A DNA stretch of 62,431 nt from Bacteroidota bacterium (lineage in GTDB: Bacteria; Bacteroidota; Bacteroidia; Chitinophagales; JADIYW01), in the NCBI GenBank assembly GCA_039797705.1, contig JBDKHK010000035.1, positions 1 to 62,431 of the forward strand, in the 5' to 3' direction. Under the pieces are notes generated by a model that was given only the letters and a program-made list of their open reading frames with translations, did not search any database and was not told where the DNA came from. Positions within the stretch are counted from its first letter, which is position 1, and every line of letters begins with the position of its first letter. Shown here in pieces: positions 46,262 through 55,874 of the stretch. The translations under genes were made by a program, and so were the position numbers.

Positions 46262-47203
46262 ATGAAACTAACAAAAATTACACTCATTTTTTTGTTCTTT
46301 TTTATGACTTCTTCTGCCTTTGCTCAAAAAGGCGGTAGCATTAGTGTTGGAGTTACTCCTGGGTTGTCGTATATGCTGGCGCAAAACACGTTTTATTTAG
46401 CAGGAAATAGCAAACAATTAAATTATCGACCAAAATTTAGCTATCATGCTTTTATTCAAGGGGGTTATAATTTTAAAGAACAGCATGGTATTGTGGCCTT
46501 TGCGAATTTCTGCGCAGAGGGGCAGCGTTATCAAGATGATTTTAAATGGAAAAAATATCCAGCATTAATAGGAACGCATCAAAAAAATGTAGATTTCAAA
46601 TACATGGGTTTTGGAGTATTATATCGTTTTGCACCATTATTGCGTGGGCAAAAAGACCATGTTTTAGTAAAAGACGATAATTTCCATTGGAGAATGAAAT
46701 TATTAGTAGGTTTTGAAACAGACTTTTTATTACAAGCAGGAATGACCTATAAGGTAACGCCTCCAGGTGGAACAGCAACGCAAATCGGTTATCCCGTTGA
46801 CCCTTCCATAGGTGGTTATCCAGCCTATTCCCCTAACCAAAGCAGCGATTATAAATCCTACTTTAAAACGATACAAGGTGTTGGCGTATTGCGTTATGGA
46901 TTTGATTACATCTTCAACAACCACATGTATATGGGAGTTGCCTTAGAAGCAAAATTTGGATTAAATGACATTAATGCAAAATCATATCGAATTCACCCTG
47001 AATACAAAAAATCAAAAAATTATTTCTTAGGATTGAATTTGGAAATTGGATATAATTTTCAAAAAGCTAAAACTAAAGAAGCGGCAAAAAAAACCGCCAA
47101 AAAAGCAGAAACGATTCAACAAAAACCAAAAATTAATGGAATAGATATGAATAAAAGAGTGGATGAGGTAGATAAAGCCACCAAGAAAATGTATAAAAAA
47201 TAA
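46262..47203 (+). CDS. Outer-membrane beta-barrel protein with a 47-aa Lys-rich C-terminal extension
   Basis: Signal peptide (…SSAFAQ). A beta-signal-like LNLEIGYNF is followed by QKAKTKEAAKKTAKKAETIQQKPK...KKMYKK. Confidence 0.5.
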   Translation: MKLTKITLIFLFFFMTSSAFAQKGGSISVGVTPGLSYMLAQNTFYLAGNSKQLNYRPKFSYHAFIQGGYNFKEQHGIVAFANFCAEGQRYQDDFKWKKYPALIGTHQKNVDFKYMGFGVLYRFAPLLRGQKDHVLVKDDNFHWRMKLLVGFETDFLLQAGMTYKVTPPGGTATQIGYPVDPSIGGYPAYSPNQSSDYKSYFKTIQGVGVLRYGFDYIFNNHMYMGVALEAKFGLNDINAKSYRIHPEYKKSKNYFLGLNLEIGYNFQKAKTKEAAKKTAKKAETIQQKPKINGIDMNKRVDEVDKATKKMYKK

Positions 47204-47209
47204 AATTTG

Positions 47210-47488
47210 TTATTTACAAATGGCTCTATATTTTACCACTACAGTATCATTTATTGTAGTGGTTTTTTCTTTCATACGGTTTAAATAATTACACCAATCT
47301 GTACGTTCTGTAGTAAGATACCATTGCTCATATTGTAAGTTATAATGCGTAGTATCTGAATTTTTAATGGTGTCAATTCTCAATATACAATCGATACAAC
47401 CATTTTTACCTTTGTTTAAATCTGTTCCATATTTTTTACAAGAGATTGCAACAGATAACACGAGAAATATAAAAATCCAATTTTTCAT
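47210..47488 (-). CDS. Small Cys-containing lipoprotein, function unknown
   Basis: Lipobox MKNWIFIFLVLSVAISC. Five further Cys residues, including CIDC. ATG at 47488 is preferred over the upstream start at 47518. Confidence 0.45.
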   Translation of the reverse strand: MKNWIFIFLVLSVAISCKKYGTDLNKGKNGCIDCILRIDTIKNSDTTHYNLQYEQWYLTTERTDWCNYLNRMKEKTTTINDTVVVKYRAICK

Positions 47489-47586
47489 AATAAGCAAATT
47501 TACTAATAAATATAGCAAATGCTGAATTTAAATAGAGCTCACACAAATTCATCTTGTTTTACTAACTTCGCAACAATATTTTCAGA

Positions 47587-49038
47587 TTGAGTACTATCAA
47601 GAAATTAGCCACCGATACTGCTGCTTATGGTGTAAGCAGCATCTTAGCACGCCTTATTAATTTTTTGTTTGGCTTCCTGATTATCAAATACATTACACAA
47701 GCAGAATTTGGAACTTTTACAAATTTTTATGCCTATGCAGGATTTATCCAAGTCGTATTGACGCACGGCATGGAAACAGCTTATTTTCGTTTTGTCAATA
47801 AAGAAGAAAGCAAAGAGAAAGCATTTTCAATTACGTTTTATTCTATTTTACTGGTGGTCTTGTTTTTTATTCTTTTGGTTTATATTTTCCAACAATCTAT
47901 TGCAAGTTATGTAAAAGAACCAACACTGTATGTGAAATTCTTTATTTGGATGATGGCTTTCGATACACTTGCAGCTATTCCATTTGCTTCCCTCCGAAAA
48001 CAAGGACGGCCTATTTTATTTGCAGCCTTAAAAGTATTAAATATACTGGCATTCATTGCGTTTAATATTTTGTTTTTTATGATACTGCCTTTGTTTCATT
48101 ATACAACAGATTTAACTAAAGTATCTTATATTTTTATTGCTAATATTTTTGCAAGCATCCTAACTTTTTTATTCTTGTTGAAACAATTCAATCAGCTGCA
48201 TTTTTCTTTTGATACAAAACTCTATAAAAAAATGATAGTGTATGCCATGCCTATTATGTTAGTAGGTTTTGCCGGAATGATAAATGAAGTATTAGACAGA
48301 ATTATTATGACCCGATTATTACCTTATGATGACATCACCAACAAGGAACAATTAGGGATTTACGGATTTAATTATAAGTTTGCAATGTTGGTGACCATGT
48401 TTTTACAAGCCTATCGCTATGCCGCTGAACCTATTTTTTTTCGACATGCCGAAAAATCAGACAGTAAAGCTGTTTTGGCAGATACCATGAAATATTATAC
48501 GATTAGTGTTTGCATTATATTTTTATCTATTGTACTGTTTTTGCCTCTCATTCAATATCTTTTTGCTTTATATTCCCCAAAATCAGTAGATTATTTTGTA
48601 GGCGCCGACATTATTCCTATTTTATTAATGGCAAACATCTGTTTAGGAATATATTTTAATATTTCTACTTGGTATAAAATTACCGACAAAACCTATGTCG
48701 GTGCCATAATTGCCATTGTAGGCGCCATAATAACCTTTGTAATGAATGTTATCTTAGTTCCCAAAATTGGATACCACGGCGGAGCTTGGGCAACCTTAAC
48801 TTGTTATGTTTCTATGGTTATTATCGGATACGCAACAGAGCAAAAATATTATCCTATTCCGTACAATTACAAACGTATCTTATTTTATTTAGCGTCAGCA
48901 TTATTCCTCTATTTACTTTTAAAATTTGTAGTATTGCCACTCCAATTTCATTTATTGGTCAATACAACAATAGCATTCCTTTTTTTATCATTATATATTT
49001 TCACTGCTTATTTTTTAGAAAGAAAAAATAAAGCCTAA
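47587..49038 (+). CDS. Polysaccharide/LPS biosynthesis flippase (MOP/Wzx-like)
   Basis: 483 aa with about 14 TM helices. The N-terminus is KKLATDTAAYGVSSILARLINFLF. TTG start. It lies in the conserved flippase-dut neighbourhood of Bacteroidota. Confidence 0.7.
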   Translation: MSTIKKLATDTAAYGVSSILARLINFLFGFLIIKYITQAEFGTFTNFYAYAGFIQVVLTHGMETAYFRFVNKEESKEKAFSITFYSILLVVLFFILLVYIFQQSIASYVKEPTLYVKFFIWMMAFDTLAAIPFASLRKQGRPILFAALKVLNILAFIAFNILFFMILPLFHYTTDLTKVSYIFIANIFASILTFLFLLKQFNQLHFSFDTKLYKKMIVYAMPIMLVGFAGMINEVLDRIIMTRLLPYDDITNKEQLGIYGFNYKFAMLVTMFLQAYRYAAEPIFFRHAEKSDSKAVLADTMKYYTISVCIIFLSIVLFLPLIQYLFALYSPKSVDYFVGADIIPILLMANICLGIYFNISTWYKITDKTYVGAIIAIVGAIITFVMNVILVPKIGYHGGAWATLTCYVSMVIIGYATEQKYYPIPYNYKRILFYLASALFLYLLLKFVVLPLQFHLLVNTTIAFLFLSLYIFTAYFLERKNKA

Positions 49039-49050
49039 ATAAAAACTCAC

Positions 49051-49058
49051 TATATTTG
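49051..49058 (+). promoter_or_regulatory. -7 promoter box (TAnnTTTG)
   Basis: TATATTTG lies 70 nt upstream of the dut ATG. Confidence 0.3.
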
Positions 49059-49127
49059 TATAGTAGTTGGATGTATCATGTTTGCTAAGTCTTAATATAT
49101 CTCTTTCAACACTTATATCGAATAAAT

Positions 49128-49562
49128 ATGAAATTAAAAATCGTAAATACATCGGATAATCCGCTTCCACAATATGAAACGGCAGGCTCTGCAGGCGTAG
49201 ATTTGCGGGCAAAACTGCAAGAACCCGTCCTGTTAAAGCCATTACAACGAGCATTAATACCAACGGGGTTGCACATTGAGCTTCCCGAGGGATACGAAGC
49301 ACAAGTGAGACCACGAAGCGGATTGGCATTAAAAAAAGGGGTTACCGTATTAAATTCACCCGGCACGATTGATTCAGATTATCGCGGCGAAATAAAAATT
49401 ATCCTGATAAATTTATCTAACGAAACAACTATCATCAATACAGGTGAAAGAATCGCACAAATGATTGTTACTAAATTTGAACGAGTCACCTTTAAGGAAG
49501 TAGATGAATTAAACGATACAGATAGAGGCGAAGGAGGATTTGGTCACACCGGTGTTAAATAA
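49128..49562 (+). CDS. dut: dUTP diphosphatase
   Basis: All five dUTPase motifs are present: [39 protein letters not shown]. Confidence 0.93.
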   Translation: MKLKIVNTSDNPLPQYETAGSAGVDLRAKLQEPVLLKPLQRALIPTGLHIELPEGYEAQVRPRSGLALKKGVTVLNSPGTIDSDYRGEIKIILINLSNETTIINTGERIAQMIVTKFERVTFKEVDELNDTDRGEGGFGHTGVK

Positions 49563-49675
49563 AACTTGCTAAAAAAAGTTAATTCTATTTTTATTCTTGA
49601 ATATGGAATCTAAAAATAGCTAACTTAGAAAAGTAGGAATAATTCTTGCAGATTACTCAATTATAAGATTCAGCA

Positions 49676-51454
49676 TTGAAACAAAAATTCATCACTCATC
49701 CATTTATACTATTAGTACTTATACTATTAGCACATCCTCCCATTTTTGCCAAAAAAAATAAAAAAAATAAAAAAGAAGCCACTACGGGTTCTGCTATTCT
49801 TACAAAAAAGGAGGTAGAACAACAATCCCTCTTTATTAGCGGCATGCAAGCTTATATTTTAGGAAATTCACAAGAAGCCATTACCAAATTCAATGAAGTG
49901 TTGAAAATGAATCCTAAAAATGATGCAGCCATGTATGAGCTTGCAAAAATTGCTTTTGAATCGGGTAATATGGATAAAGCAATGGAGTACGCCAAAAATG
50001 CCATAAAACTTAACCCGACCAACGAGTATTATTATCAATATTTAGCAGAAGCAAAAGGAGAAAAACAAGACTACGAAGGAGCATCAAAAGTATATGAAAC
50101 ACTTATAAAACTACAACCTAAAGAATATGAATATTATTATGATTGGGCATATATGCTATCAAAAGCAGGAAAATACAAAGAGGCTATTGATGTGTATAAT
50201 CAATTAGAACAAAAAACAGGTGTTCAAGAAGAACTAATCTTGCAAAAACAACCACTCTATATAAAATTAGGTAAAATTGAAGATGGCGTAAAAGACATAG
50301 AAAAATTAGCAAAATTAGATCCATCAGATACTCGCTACCTTAGATTGATTGGTGAAATATACCAATCTAATCAATTATACGACAAGGCAATAGAAACCTA
50401 TAACCGAATTTTGACAATGGATGCCAATAACGCCAGTGCATTATTATCATTAGCAGAAGTGTATCAAAAAAAAGGAAACGAAAAAATGCATGATGAATAT
50501 CTTTCCAAAGTATTTAGTAATAAAACGATAGATATAGATACCAAAATTGCAGTTTTTATTCCATACATAGAAAAAATGATAAAAGATTCTACCCTTCAAA
50601 AAGAAGTAATGAATATGGCTAATATGATTGTGGCTGCACACCCTGGCGATGTGAAAGCTATTACCGCAAAAGCCGATGTATTGTATAACTCAGGAAAGAA
50701 AAAAGAAGCCCAGGCAGCATACAGTCAAGCCATTAGAAGCAATAATGATATTCCTAACACTGTCTGGTTGCAATTATACATATTAGATGCAGAATTGGAA
50801 GAATATGACAGCCTAATTGTACATACTACCATTGGAATAGAAAAATCACCCAAAGACCAATTTGGTTATTTTTATCAAGCAGTTGCTCAACAGCAAATGA
50901 AAAACAACAAAGCTGCATCGAATGTTTTACTAAAAGCATTTGAAGTGCAACGCAATATAGATGAAAATAAATCCTTCTATGCACCTCAATTAAAATTGCA
51001 AATGCTTACCACCTTAGGCGATGTATCTTATGAACTTAAAAATTATGACCGCTCCGACAGTAGCTATGAAGCAGCGTTGGAAATAGACCCAAACAATGCA
51101 ACCGTTTTAAATAATTATGCATATTACTTATCTGAAAGAGATGATAAATTAGAAAAAGCAGAACGCATGAGCAAAAAATCAAATCTATTAGTGGATAATA
51201 ATTCAGCTTTTTTAGATACGTATGCATGGATTATGTTTAAACTAAAAAAATACGATGATGCTTTGGATTGGATAGAACAAGCATTGGCATTGCCAGATGC
51301 AATAGGACGACCAGATTTATTAAATCATTACGGAGATATTTTATTTAAACTCGGACAATCCGATAAAGCCGTGGAACAATGGGAAAAATCCTTGCAAAAT
51401 GGAGGTGAAAAATCACTCTTAGAAATCAAAATAAAAAATAGAAAAATTAATTAA
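49676..51454 (+). CDS. TPR-repeat protein
   Basis: 592 aa with a TTG start and a signal/anchor sequence, then KKNKKNKKE. Many TPR units (e.g. AMYELAKIAFESGNMDKAMEYAKNAIKLNPTN; NNYAYYLSERDDKLEKAERMSKKS). Confidence 0.7.
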   Translation: MKQKFITHPFILLVLILLAHPPIFAKKNKKNKKEATTGSAILTKKEVEQQSLFISGMQAYILGNSQEAITKFNEVLKMNPKNDAAMYELAKIAFESGNMDKAMEYAKNAIKLNPTNEYYYQYLAEAKGEKQDYEGASKVYETLIKLQPKEYEYYYDWAYMLSKAGKYKEAIDVYNQLEQKTGVQEELILQKQPLYIKLGKIEDGVKDIEKLAKLDPSDTRYLRLIGEIYQSNQLYDKAIETYNRILTMDANNASALLSLAEVYQKKGNEKMHDEYLSKVFSNKTIDIDTKIAVFIPYIEKMIKDSTLQKEVMNMANMIVAAHPGDVKAITAKADVLYNSGKKKEAQAAYSQAIRSNNDIPNTVWLQLYILDAELEEYDSLIVHTTIGIEKSPKDQFGYFYQAVAQQQMKNNKAASNVLLKAFEVQRNIDENKSFYAPQLKLQMLTTLGDVSYELKNYDRSDSSYEAALEIDPNNATVLNNYAYYLSERDDKLEKAERMSKKSNLLVDNNSAFLDTYAWIMFKLKKYDDALDWIEQALALPDAIGRPDLLNHYGDILFKLGQSDKAVEQWEKSLQNGGEKSLLEIKIKNRKIN

Positions 51455-51498
51455 GTTTGGGACATCCATTTTCGAATAAAAACCATGTGTTAAGTAGA

Positions 51499-52308
51499 AT
51501 GGCAGTAATGCCTATATTCTATGTCATTCTAATTTTTACTACCCTCTCCTGTCATCATACAAAAAACGTTTCTAAATCAAGTAAAACAACAACAACCGCT
51601 CCTTCCTCCGCACAGCCCCCCATACAAAACTTTCAAAAAGCAGATGAAAAAGCAGAAGCATTATTGAAACAATTAAATCAAAATATTATTACTTTTAATG
51701 AACTCGCCATTAAACTAAAAACCAAAATAAATTCCTCCGAAATAAATCAAAGTTTTACAACTAACATCCGTTGGAAAAAAAATGAAAAAATTTGGCTGTC
51801 TATGTCTATTATTGGCATCGAAGGAGCACGCGTATTGATTACTAAAGACAGTATCAAGATTATGGATAAAATCAATAATAGATATATTCTAAAACCAATT
51901 TCATACATCAGCCAAAAAGCATTGGTTCATCTTAGCTTTTCGGATATTGAAAGTATTTTATTAGGACAGCTCTTTTTTACAGATACTACAAAAGCAAAAT
52001 ATGTTGAAAATGTAACTAATATTACTATTAACGCTGATGGGTTAAGGTATCTTACCAATATAGTATTTGATAAAATTACCAAAAATCCAACTTCTATCTT
52101 TATTACAGATAAGCAAAATGAACAAACGATAGAGGCGCAATACACTAATTATCAGCAACAACTCGGAAAGCAATTTCCGATGGATAGAGAGCTAAAAATG
52201 AAATCTGATTCCAGATTTTTTGAAATGAGTGCAAAAATTCAGAATATTGAAATAAAACAAAACTTAGAATACCCATTTTCTATAAATCCATCTTATAAAT
52301 TTGAATAA
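51499..52308 (+). CDS. DUF4292-like lipoprotein (LolB-like fold)
   Basis: Lipobox MAVMPIFYVILIFTTLSC. It holds the position between the TPR protein and the EnvC-like protein that I recall as conserved in Bacteroidota. The family name is from recall. Confidence 0.5.
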   Translation: MAVMPIFYVILIFTTLSCHHTKNVSKSSKTTTTAPSSAQPPIQNFQKADEKAEALLKQLNQNIITFNELAIKLKTKINSSEINQSFTTNIRWKKNEKIWLSMSIIGIEGARVLITKDSIKIMDKINNRYILKPISYISQKALVHLSFSDIESILLGQLFFTDTTKAKYVENVTNITINADGLRYLTNIVFDKITKNPTSIFITDKQNEQTIEAQYTNYQQQLGKQFPMDRELKMKSDSRFFEMSAKIQNIEIKQNLEYPFSINPSYKFE

Positions 52309-53692
52309 TTATAAAAACATAGCAAGTAAATTTCTTTCTTTTCCTTTAAAGAAAGAGCAATTCGTATGGATAGCATTGGGAATGTTTCTGCTTACTAATT
52401 TTTCGATGTTGGCTCAAGACAAGAAAGCAACCTTACAAGCTAAAAAGAAAAAACTACTCGATGAAATAGCCTTCACCCAGAAATCATTAGACAAAACAAA
52501 AGCATCTAAAGATGCTACTTTAGCCGATTTACAAGCATTATCCAGGCAGATAGAACTTCGACAAAAACTTATCAAAGAAGTAGAAGGAGAAATAGGAGAT
52601 TATACTGTTAAAATCAATCAAAATATTGACTCTTTAAAACAAAAAGAAGAACAATTAAACAGATTAAAAAAAGAATACGCAGAGGCCATCGTCAGAACCT
52701 ATAAAACACAACGATTTGCAGATAAATTATTATTTGTTGTAAATGCAAATTCTTTTTCAGAAGCATTGCGCCGCGTCAACTACTTGCGCAAATACGCAAC
52801 ATTTAGACAGCAACAAGCTACTGAAATTCTTGATAAAAAATCGGACATCAGCACGCAAATAGTAAAAATTGACACAAAGAAAAAAACAAAAGAACAACTC
52901 TTGCACGGACAAGTAAAAGAAAAGGAGCAACTTAATAAAACTGTTACACAAAAAAATACGGTTGTCAAAACATTAAAACAAAAAGAACAACAACTGCAAT
53001 CCAATATTTCCAAAAAACAGGCAGAAGCCCAAAAATTAGATGCACAAATTGAAGCCATTATTAAAAAAGAAATCGAAATGGCACGATTAGCAGAAGAAAA
53101 ACGCCGAAAAGAAGAAGAAGCTAAAATAACAGCAGCAGAAACAGCCAAAAAGAAAGCAGCAGAAGAGGCCGTCAAAAAAGCAAAAGAAGCTGGTAAAGTA
53201 CCATCCAAAGAAGACATTGCCACTATTAATAAAAAAATAGAACCCGTTGTAATAGGGGAAACTCCAGAGTATAAACTATTATCTTCCAACTTTTATGGAA
53301 ACAAAGGGAAACTTCCTTGGCCAGTGGAAAAAGGATTCATTAGCAAAGGATTTGGAACCTATATCGTGCCCGGCACTACTATTAAAATGGACAATAATGG
53401 CATCGATATCCGAAGCGATGCCAATACCAGTGTGCGCAGTGTTTTTGAAGGGAAAGTAGTCGGTATCCTTAGCAATCCAACTTTTAAAAATGCTGTAATT
53501 ATCAGCCATGGTGAATATTTTACTGTCTATTCAAAACTTACCTCTGTAAATATTTCCAAAGGACAAAAAGTTTCCACCAAACAAGTCATTGGTACTGCTT
53601 TTACCGATGAAGAAGACATCACAGAAGTACACATGGAAATTTGGAAAGGCTCCTCAAAACTTAATCCTGCCGATTGGATTTCCAGAAAATAA
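52301..53692 (+). CDS. EnvC-like murein hydrolase activator (coiled coil + degenerate LytM/M23 domain)
   Basis: Long K/E/Q-rich coiled coil. The C-terminal M23 fold has its metal ligands replaced (NNGIDI instead of HxGIDI; EVHMEIW instead of HLHFE), as in non-catalytic EnvC/NlpD. Confidence 0.75.
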   Translation: MNNYKNIASKFLSFPLKKEQFVWIALGMFLLTNFSMLAQDKKATLQAKKKKLLDEIAFTQKSLDKTKASKDATLADLQALSRQIELRQKLIKEVEGEIGDYTVKINQNIDSLKQKEEQLNRLKKEYAEAIVRTYKTQRFADKLLFVVNANSFSEALRRVNYLRKYATFRQQQATEILDKKSDISTQIVKIDTKKKTKEQLLHGQVKEKEQLNKTVTQKNTVVKTLKQKEQQLQSNISKKQAEAQKLDAQIEAIIKKEIEMARLAEEKRRKEEEAKITAAETAKKKAAEEAVKKAKEAGKVPSKEDIATINKKIEPVVIGETPEYKLLSSNFYGNKGKLPWPVEKGFISKGFGTYIVPGTTIKMDNNGIDIRSDANTSVRSVFEGKVVGILSNPTFKNAVIISHGEYFTVYSKLTSVNISKGQKVSTKQVIGTAFTDEEDITEVHMEIWKGSSKLNPADWISRK

Positions 53693-53700
53693 AATTAGGT

Positions 53701-54288
53701 ATGTATAAGCTCACAGCGATACCATGCAAGCAAACTAACTCTTTACGGATTGCTGGATTATTATTCATTATTTTTTTTATGATTTCCTGTCAGGAAAATG
53801 ATATTACCAAAGTAAAAGCCATGTTCAACGAAGCCAATGTAAATGTTGAAGTGGCAGATAGCGTAAAATTTATTTACAAAGAAGGCGCCTATATTCGTGC
53901 AATTGTAACAGGGAAAACCATAAAAAGATACACAAATACCCAAAATAAATTAGAATTTCCAGACGGATTAGTCGTGAAATTTTATGACCAACTCACCCTT
54001 ATTTCTGTCCTAAAAGCAGACTATGCCGAAAACGATGACGCAACCCAAAGTATAAAAATAAGTGGCAATGTGTATATGGAAAATTCAAAAAATGAAATTA
54101 TGGAAACACAAGAATTGACATGGGAAATGAGAACAAAAAGAATAAACACCGACAAGCCCATAAAAATTCGCACACCCGATAATATTATATCAGGCATTGG
54201 CTTTGATTCAGACGAAGATTTTTCAAATTATACCATCCGAAAAGTAAGCGGAGTAGTAGCAGTAGATGACAACAAAGGCTTCAAATAA
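53701..54288 (+). CDS. lptC: LptC-like LPS export periplasmic protein
   Basis: N-terminal anchor/lipobox (LLFIIFFMISC) and an OstA-like beta-jellyroll pattern of about 190 aa. ATG at 53701 is preferred over the upstream TTG at 53674. Confidence 0.55.
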   Translation: MYKLTAIPCKQTNSLRIAGLLFIIFFMISCQENDITKVKAMFNEANVNVEVADSVKFIYKEGAYIRAIVTGKTIKRYTNTQNKLEFPDGLVVKFYDQLTLISVLKADYAENDDATQSIKISGNVYMENSKNEIMETQELTWEMRTKRINTDKPIKIRTPDNIISGIGFDSDEDFSNYTIRKVSGVVAVDDNKGFK

Positions 54289-54295
54289 TGAAATA

Positions 54296-54454
54296 ATGCG
54301 CTGGGGATTATTAGCTATAATAACCTTAATAGTATTAATTATACGAATAGTACAACAGGGCTTTTTTCAAGGAAAAAATTGGATTTTATATACCATACTA
54401 ACCCTCAGTGTAGGCTTTATAAGTCATCACCTGCGCAACAACCATACATCCTAA
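54296..54454 (+). CDS. Possible 52-aa two-TM small membrane protein
   Basis: MRWGLLAIITLIVLIIRIVQQGFFQGKNWILYTILTLSVGFISHHLRNNHTS. It fills the lptC-CNNM gap on the same strand, starting 8 nt after the lptC stop. No homology evidence. Confidence 0.3.
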   Translation: MRWGLLAIITLIVLIIRIVQQGFFQGKNWILYTILTLSVGFISHHLRNNHTS

Positions 54455-54481
54455 TAGGTAAATTACTATCTTTACAACAGC

Positions 54482-55744
54482 ATGGGCACTACCATTTTTC
54501 TGATAATTCTTACATTGATATTTTCTGCTATTTTTTCAGGAATAGAAATTGCATTCTTATCCGCCAATAAATTAAAAATAGAACTCAGCTATCAACGTGG
54601 CACTTTGTCTGGAAAAGTAATGAATGACTACATTAAAAACCCATCCAAATTTATTGTCACCACACTACTCGGAAACAATATTGCTCTTATTTCATTTGGT
54701 ATCTTGTTTGCCTCCTTATTAGAACCTTATTTGGCAGAATTTATTAGTTCACCATTGTGGATTTTAGCTATTCAAACCATCATTTCTACCACGGTAATTT
54801 TATTTTTAGGAGAATTTATCCCAAAGGTTTTATTTAAAGTATTTGCAGATTCTATTTTACCCATAATGTCCATCCCATTCAAAATAATTGATTGGGTGCT
54901 AATGCCTGGAGTTGTTTTTATCACATGGCTATCCTCCCTATTTTTTAAAATAAGCGGAATAGAAGTTTCAGAACGAGACATCAAATTTTCTTCGGTTGAT
55001 TTAGAAAAATTCATAAAAGAACACCACCAATCCGACAGTGAAGAAGAAGAAGAAGTGGACACAGAATTATTTGAAAATGCACTTTTTCTAAAAAAATTAA
55101 GAGTAAGAGATTGCATGATTCCGCGCCGAGAAATAACCGCTATTGATATAAATGATTCTGTGGAGGAACTTAAAGACATGATTATAAAATCATACCACTC
55201 CCGTATTTTGATTTATGAAGACTCTATAGATAAAATAGTTGGATATATCCATCATTTTGATTTACATAAAAAACCCAAAGACATTCGCTCTATTTTGATT
55301 CCTATTAAAATAGTTCCCGAAACCATGCAATTACAAAAATTAATGAATGAATTTATTAAATCAAACAAAAGCATTGCATGGGTGGTAAATGAATACGGAG
55401 GTACTGCCGGCGTAATAACATTAGAAGATATTTTAGAAGAAATATTTGGTGAAATAGAAGATGAATACGATAAAGTAGTATTAGTAGGCAATCAATTGTC
55501 CAAAAATGAATTCATTCTATCCGGAAGATTGGAGATAGATCGCATCAACGAAGAACACCACCTCGATTTGCCCGAAGGCGATTATGACACCCTCTCAGGA
55601 TTTATAATAGACCACCACGAAACCATTCCAGAGCAAAACGAAATCATAGAAATTGGCAAATATAGTTTCAAAATCTTAGATGTTTCAGACACTAAAATAG
55701 AAACTGTAAAATTGATAATCAACGAACCTGCTGATAATCAATAA
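54482..55744 (+). CDS. CNNM/hemolysin-family protein (DUF21 TM domain + CBS pair + CorC_HlyC; GldE/CorC-like)
   Basis: Four N-terminal TM helices (GIEIAFLSAN...), a CBS pair region, and a C-terminal transporter-associated domain (DTLSGFIIDHHETIPEQNEIIEIGKYSFKILD). Confidence 0.85.
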   Translation: MGTTIFLIILTLIFSAIFSGIEIAFLSANKLKIELSYQRGTLSGKVMNDYIKNPSKFIVTTLLGNNIALISFGILFASLLEPYLAEFISSPLWILAIQTIISTTVILFLGEFIPKVLFKVFADSILPIMSIPFKIIDWVLMPGVVFITWLSSLFFKISGIEVSERDIKFSSVDLEKFIKEHHQSDSEEEEEVDTELFENALFLKKLRVRDCMIPRREITAIDINDSVEELKDMIIKSYHSRILIYEDSIDKIVGYIHHFDLHKKPKDIRSILIPIKIVPETMQLQKLMNEFIKSNKSIAWVVNEYGGTAGVITLEDILEEIFGEIEDEYDKVVLVGNQLSKNEFILSGRLEIDRINEEHHLDLPEGDYDTLSGFIIDHHETIPEQNEIIEIGKYSFKILDVSDTKIETVKLIINEPADNQ

Positions 55745-55841
55745 AATAAACATAATTTGCACCCATCAGTCTAATTTTGTGAAATAATACAATTATTTCA
55801 TTCTCAAAACGGTGCATTTTCAAAAATTCAAATTAATTCCA

Positions 55842-55849
55842 TATCTTTG
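55842..55849 (+). promoter_or_regulatory. -7 promoter box (TAnnTTTG)
   Basis: TATCTTTG lies 25 nt upstream of the ATG at 55875. Confidence 0.35.
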
Positions 55850-55874
55850 CACACTTTAAAAACTGAAATTTAGT

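Noticed and set aside
49015-49366. Two minus-strand ORFs (104 and 86 aa) overlapping dut.
   Set aside because: dut has all five canonical dUTPase motifs on the plus strand. The antisense ORFs are explained by the locally higher GC content and have no recognisable motifs.
52780-53289. The 169-aa minus-strand ORF antisense to the EnvC-like gene.
   Set aside because: It lies antisense to the K/E/A-rich coiled-coil region, which lacks stop codons on the opposite strand. The peptide is S/F/C/L-rich low complexity.
54379-54570. The 63-aa ORF overlapping the start of the CNNM gene.
   Set aside because: It is in a different frame from, and overlaps, the well-supported CNNM N-terminus. Its composition is not protein-like.
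55780-55800. The 9-bp inverted repeat tgaaataat-aca-attatttca after the CNNM gene, as a terminator. The similar repeat at 59005-59026 (aacagaaaa-ctaa-ttttctgtt) was considered the same way.
   Set aside because: Both are almost pure A/T stems without a following T-run. They may be weak terminators but are not distinguishable from chance in a low-GC genome.
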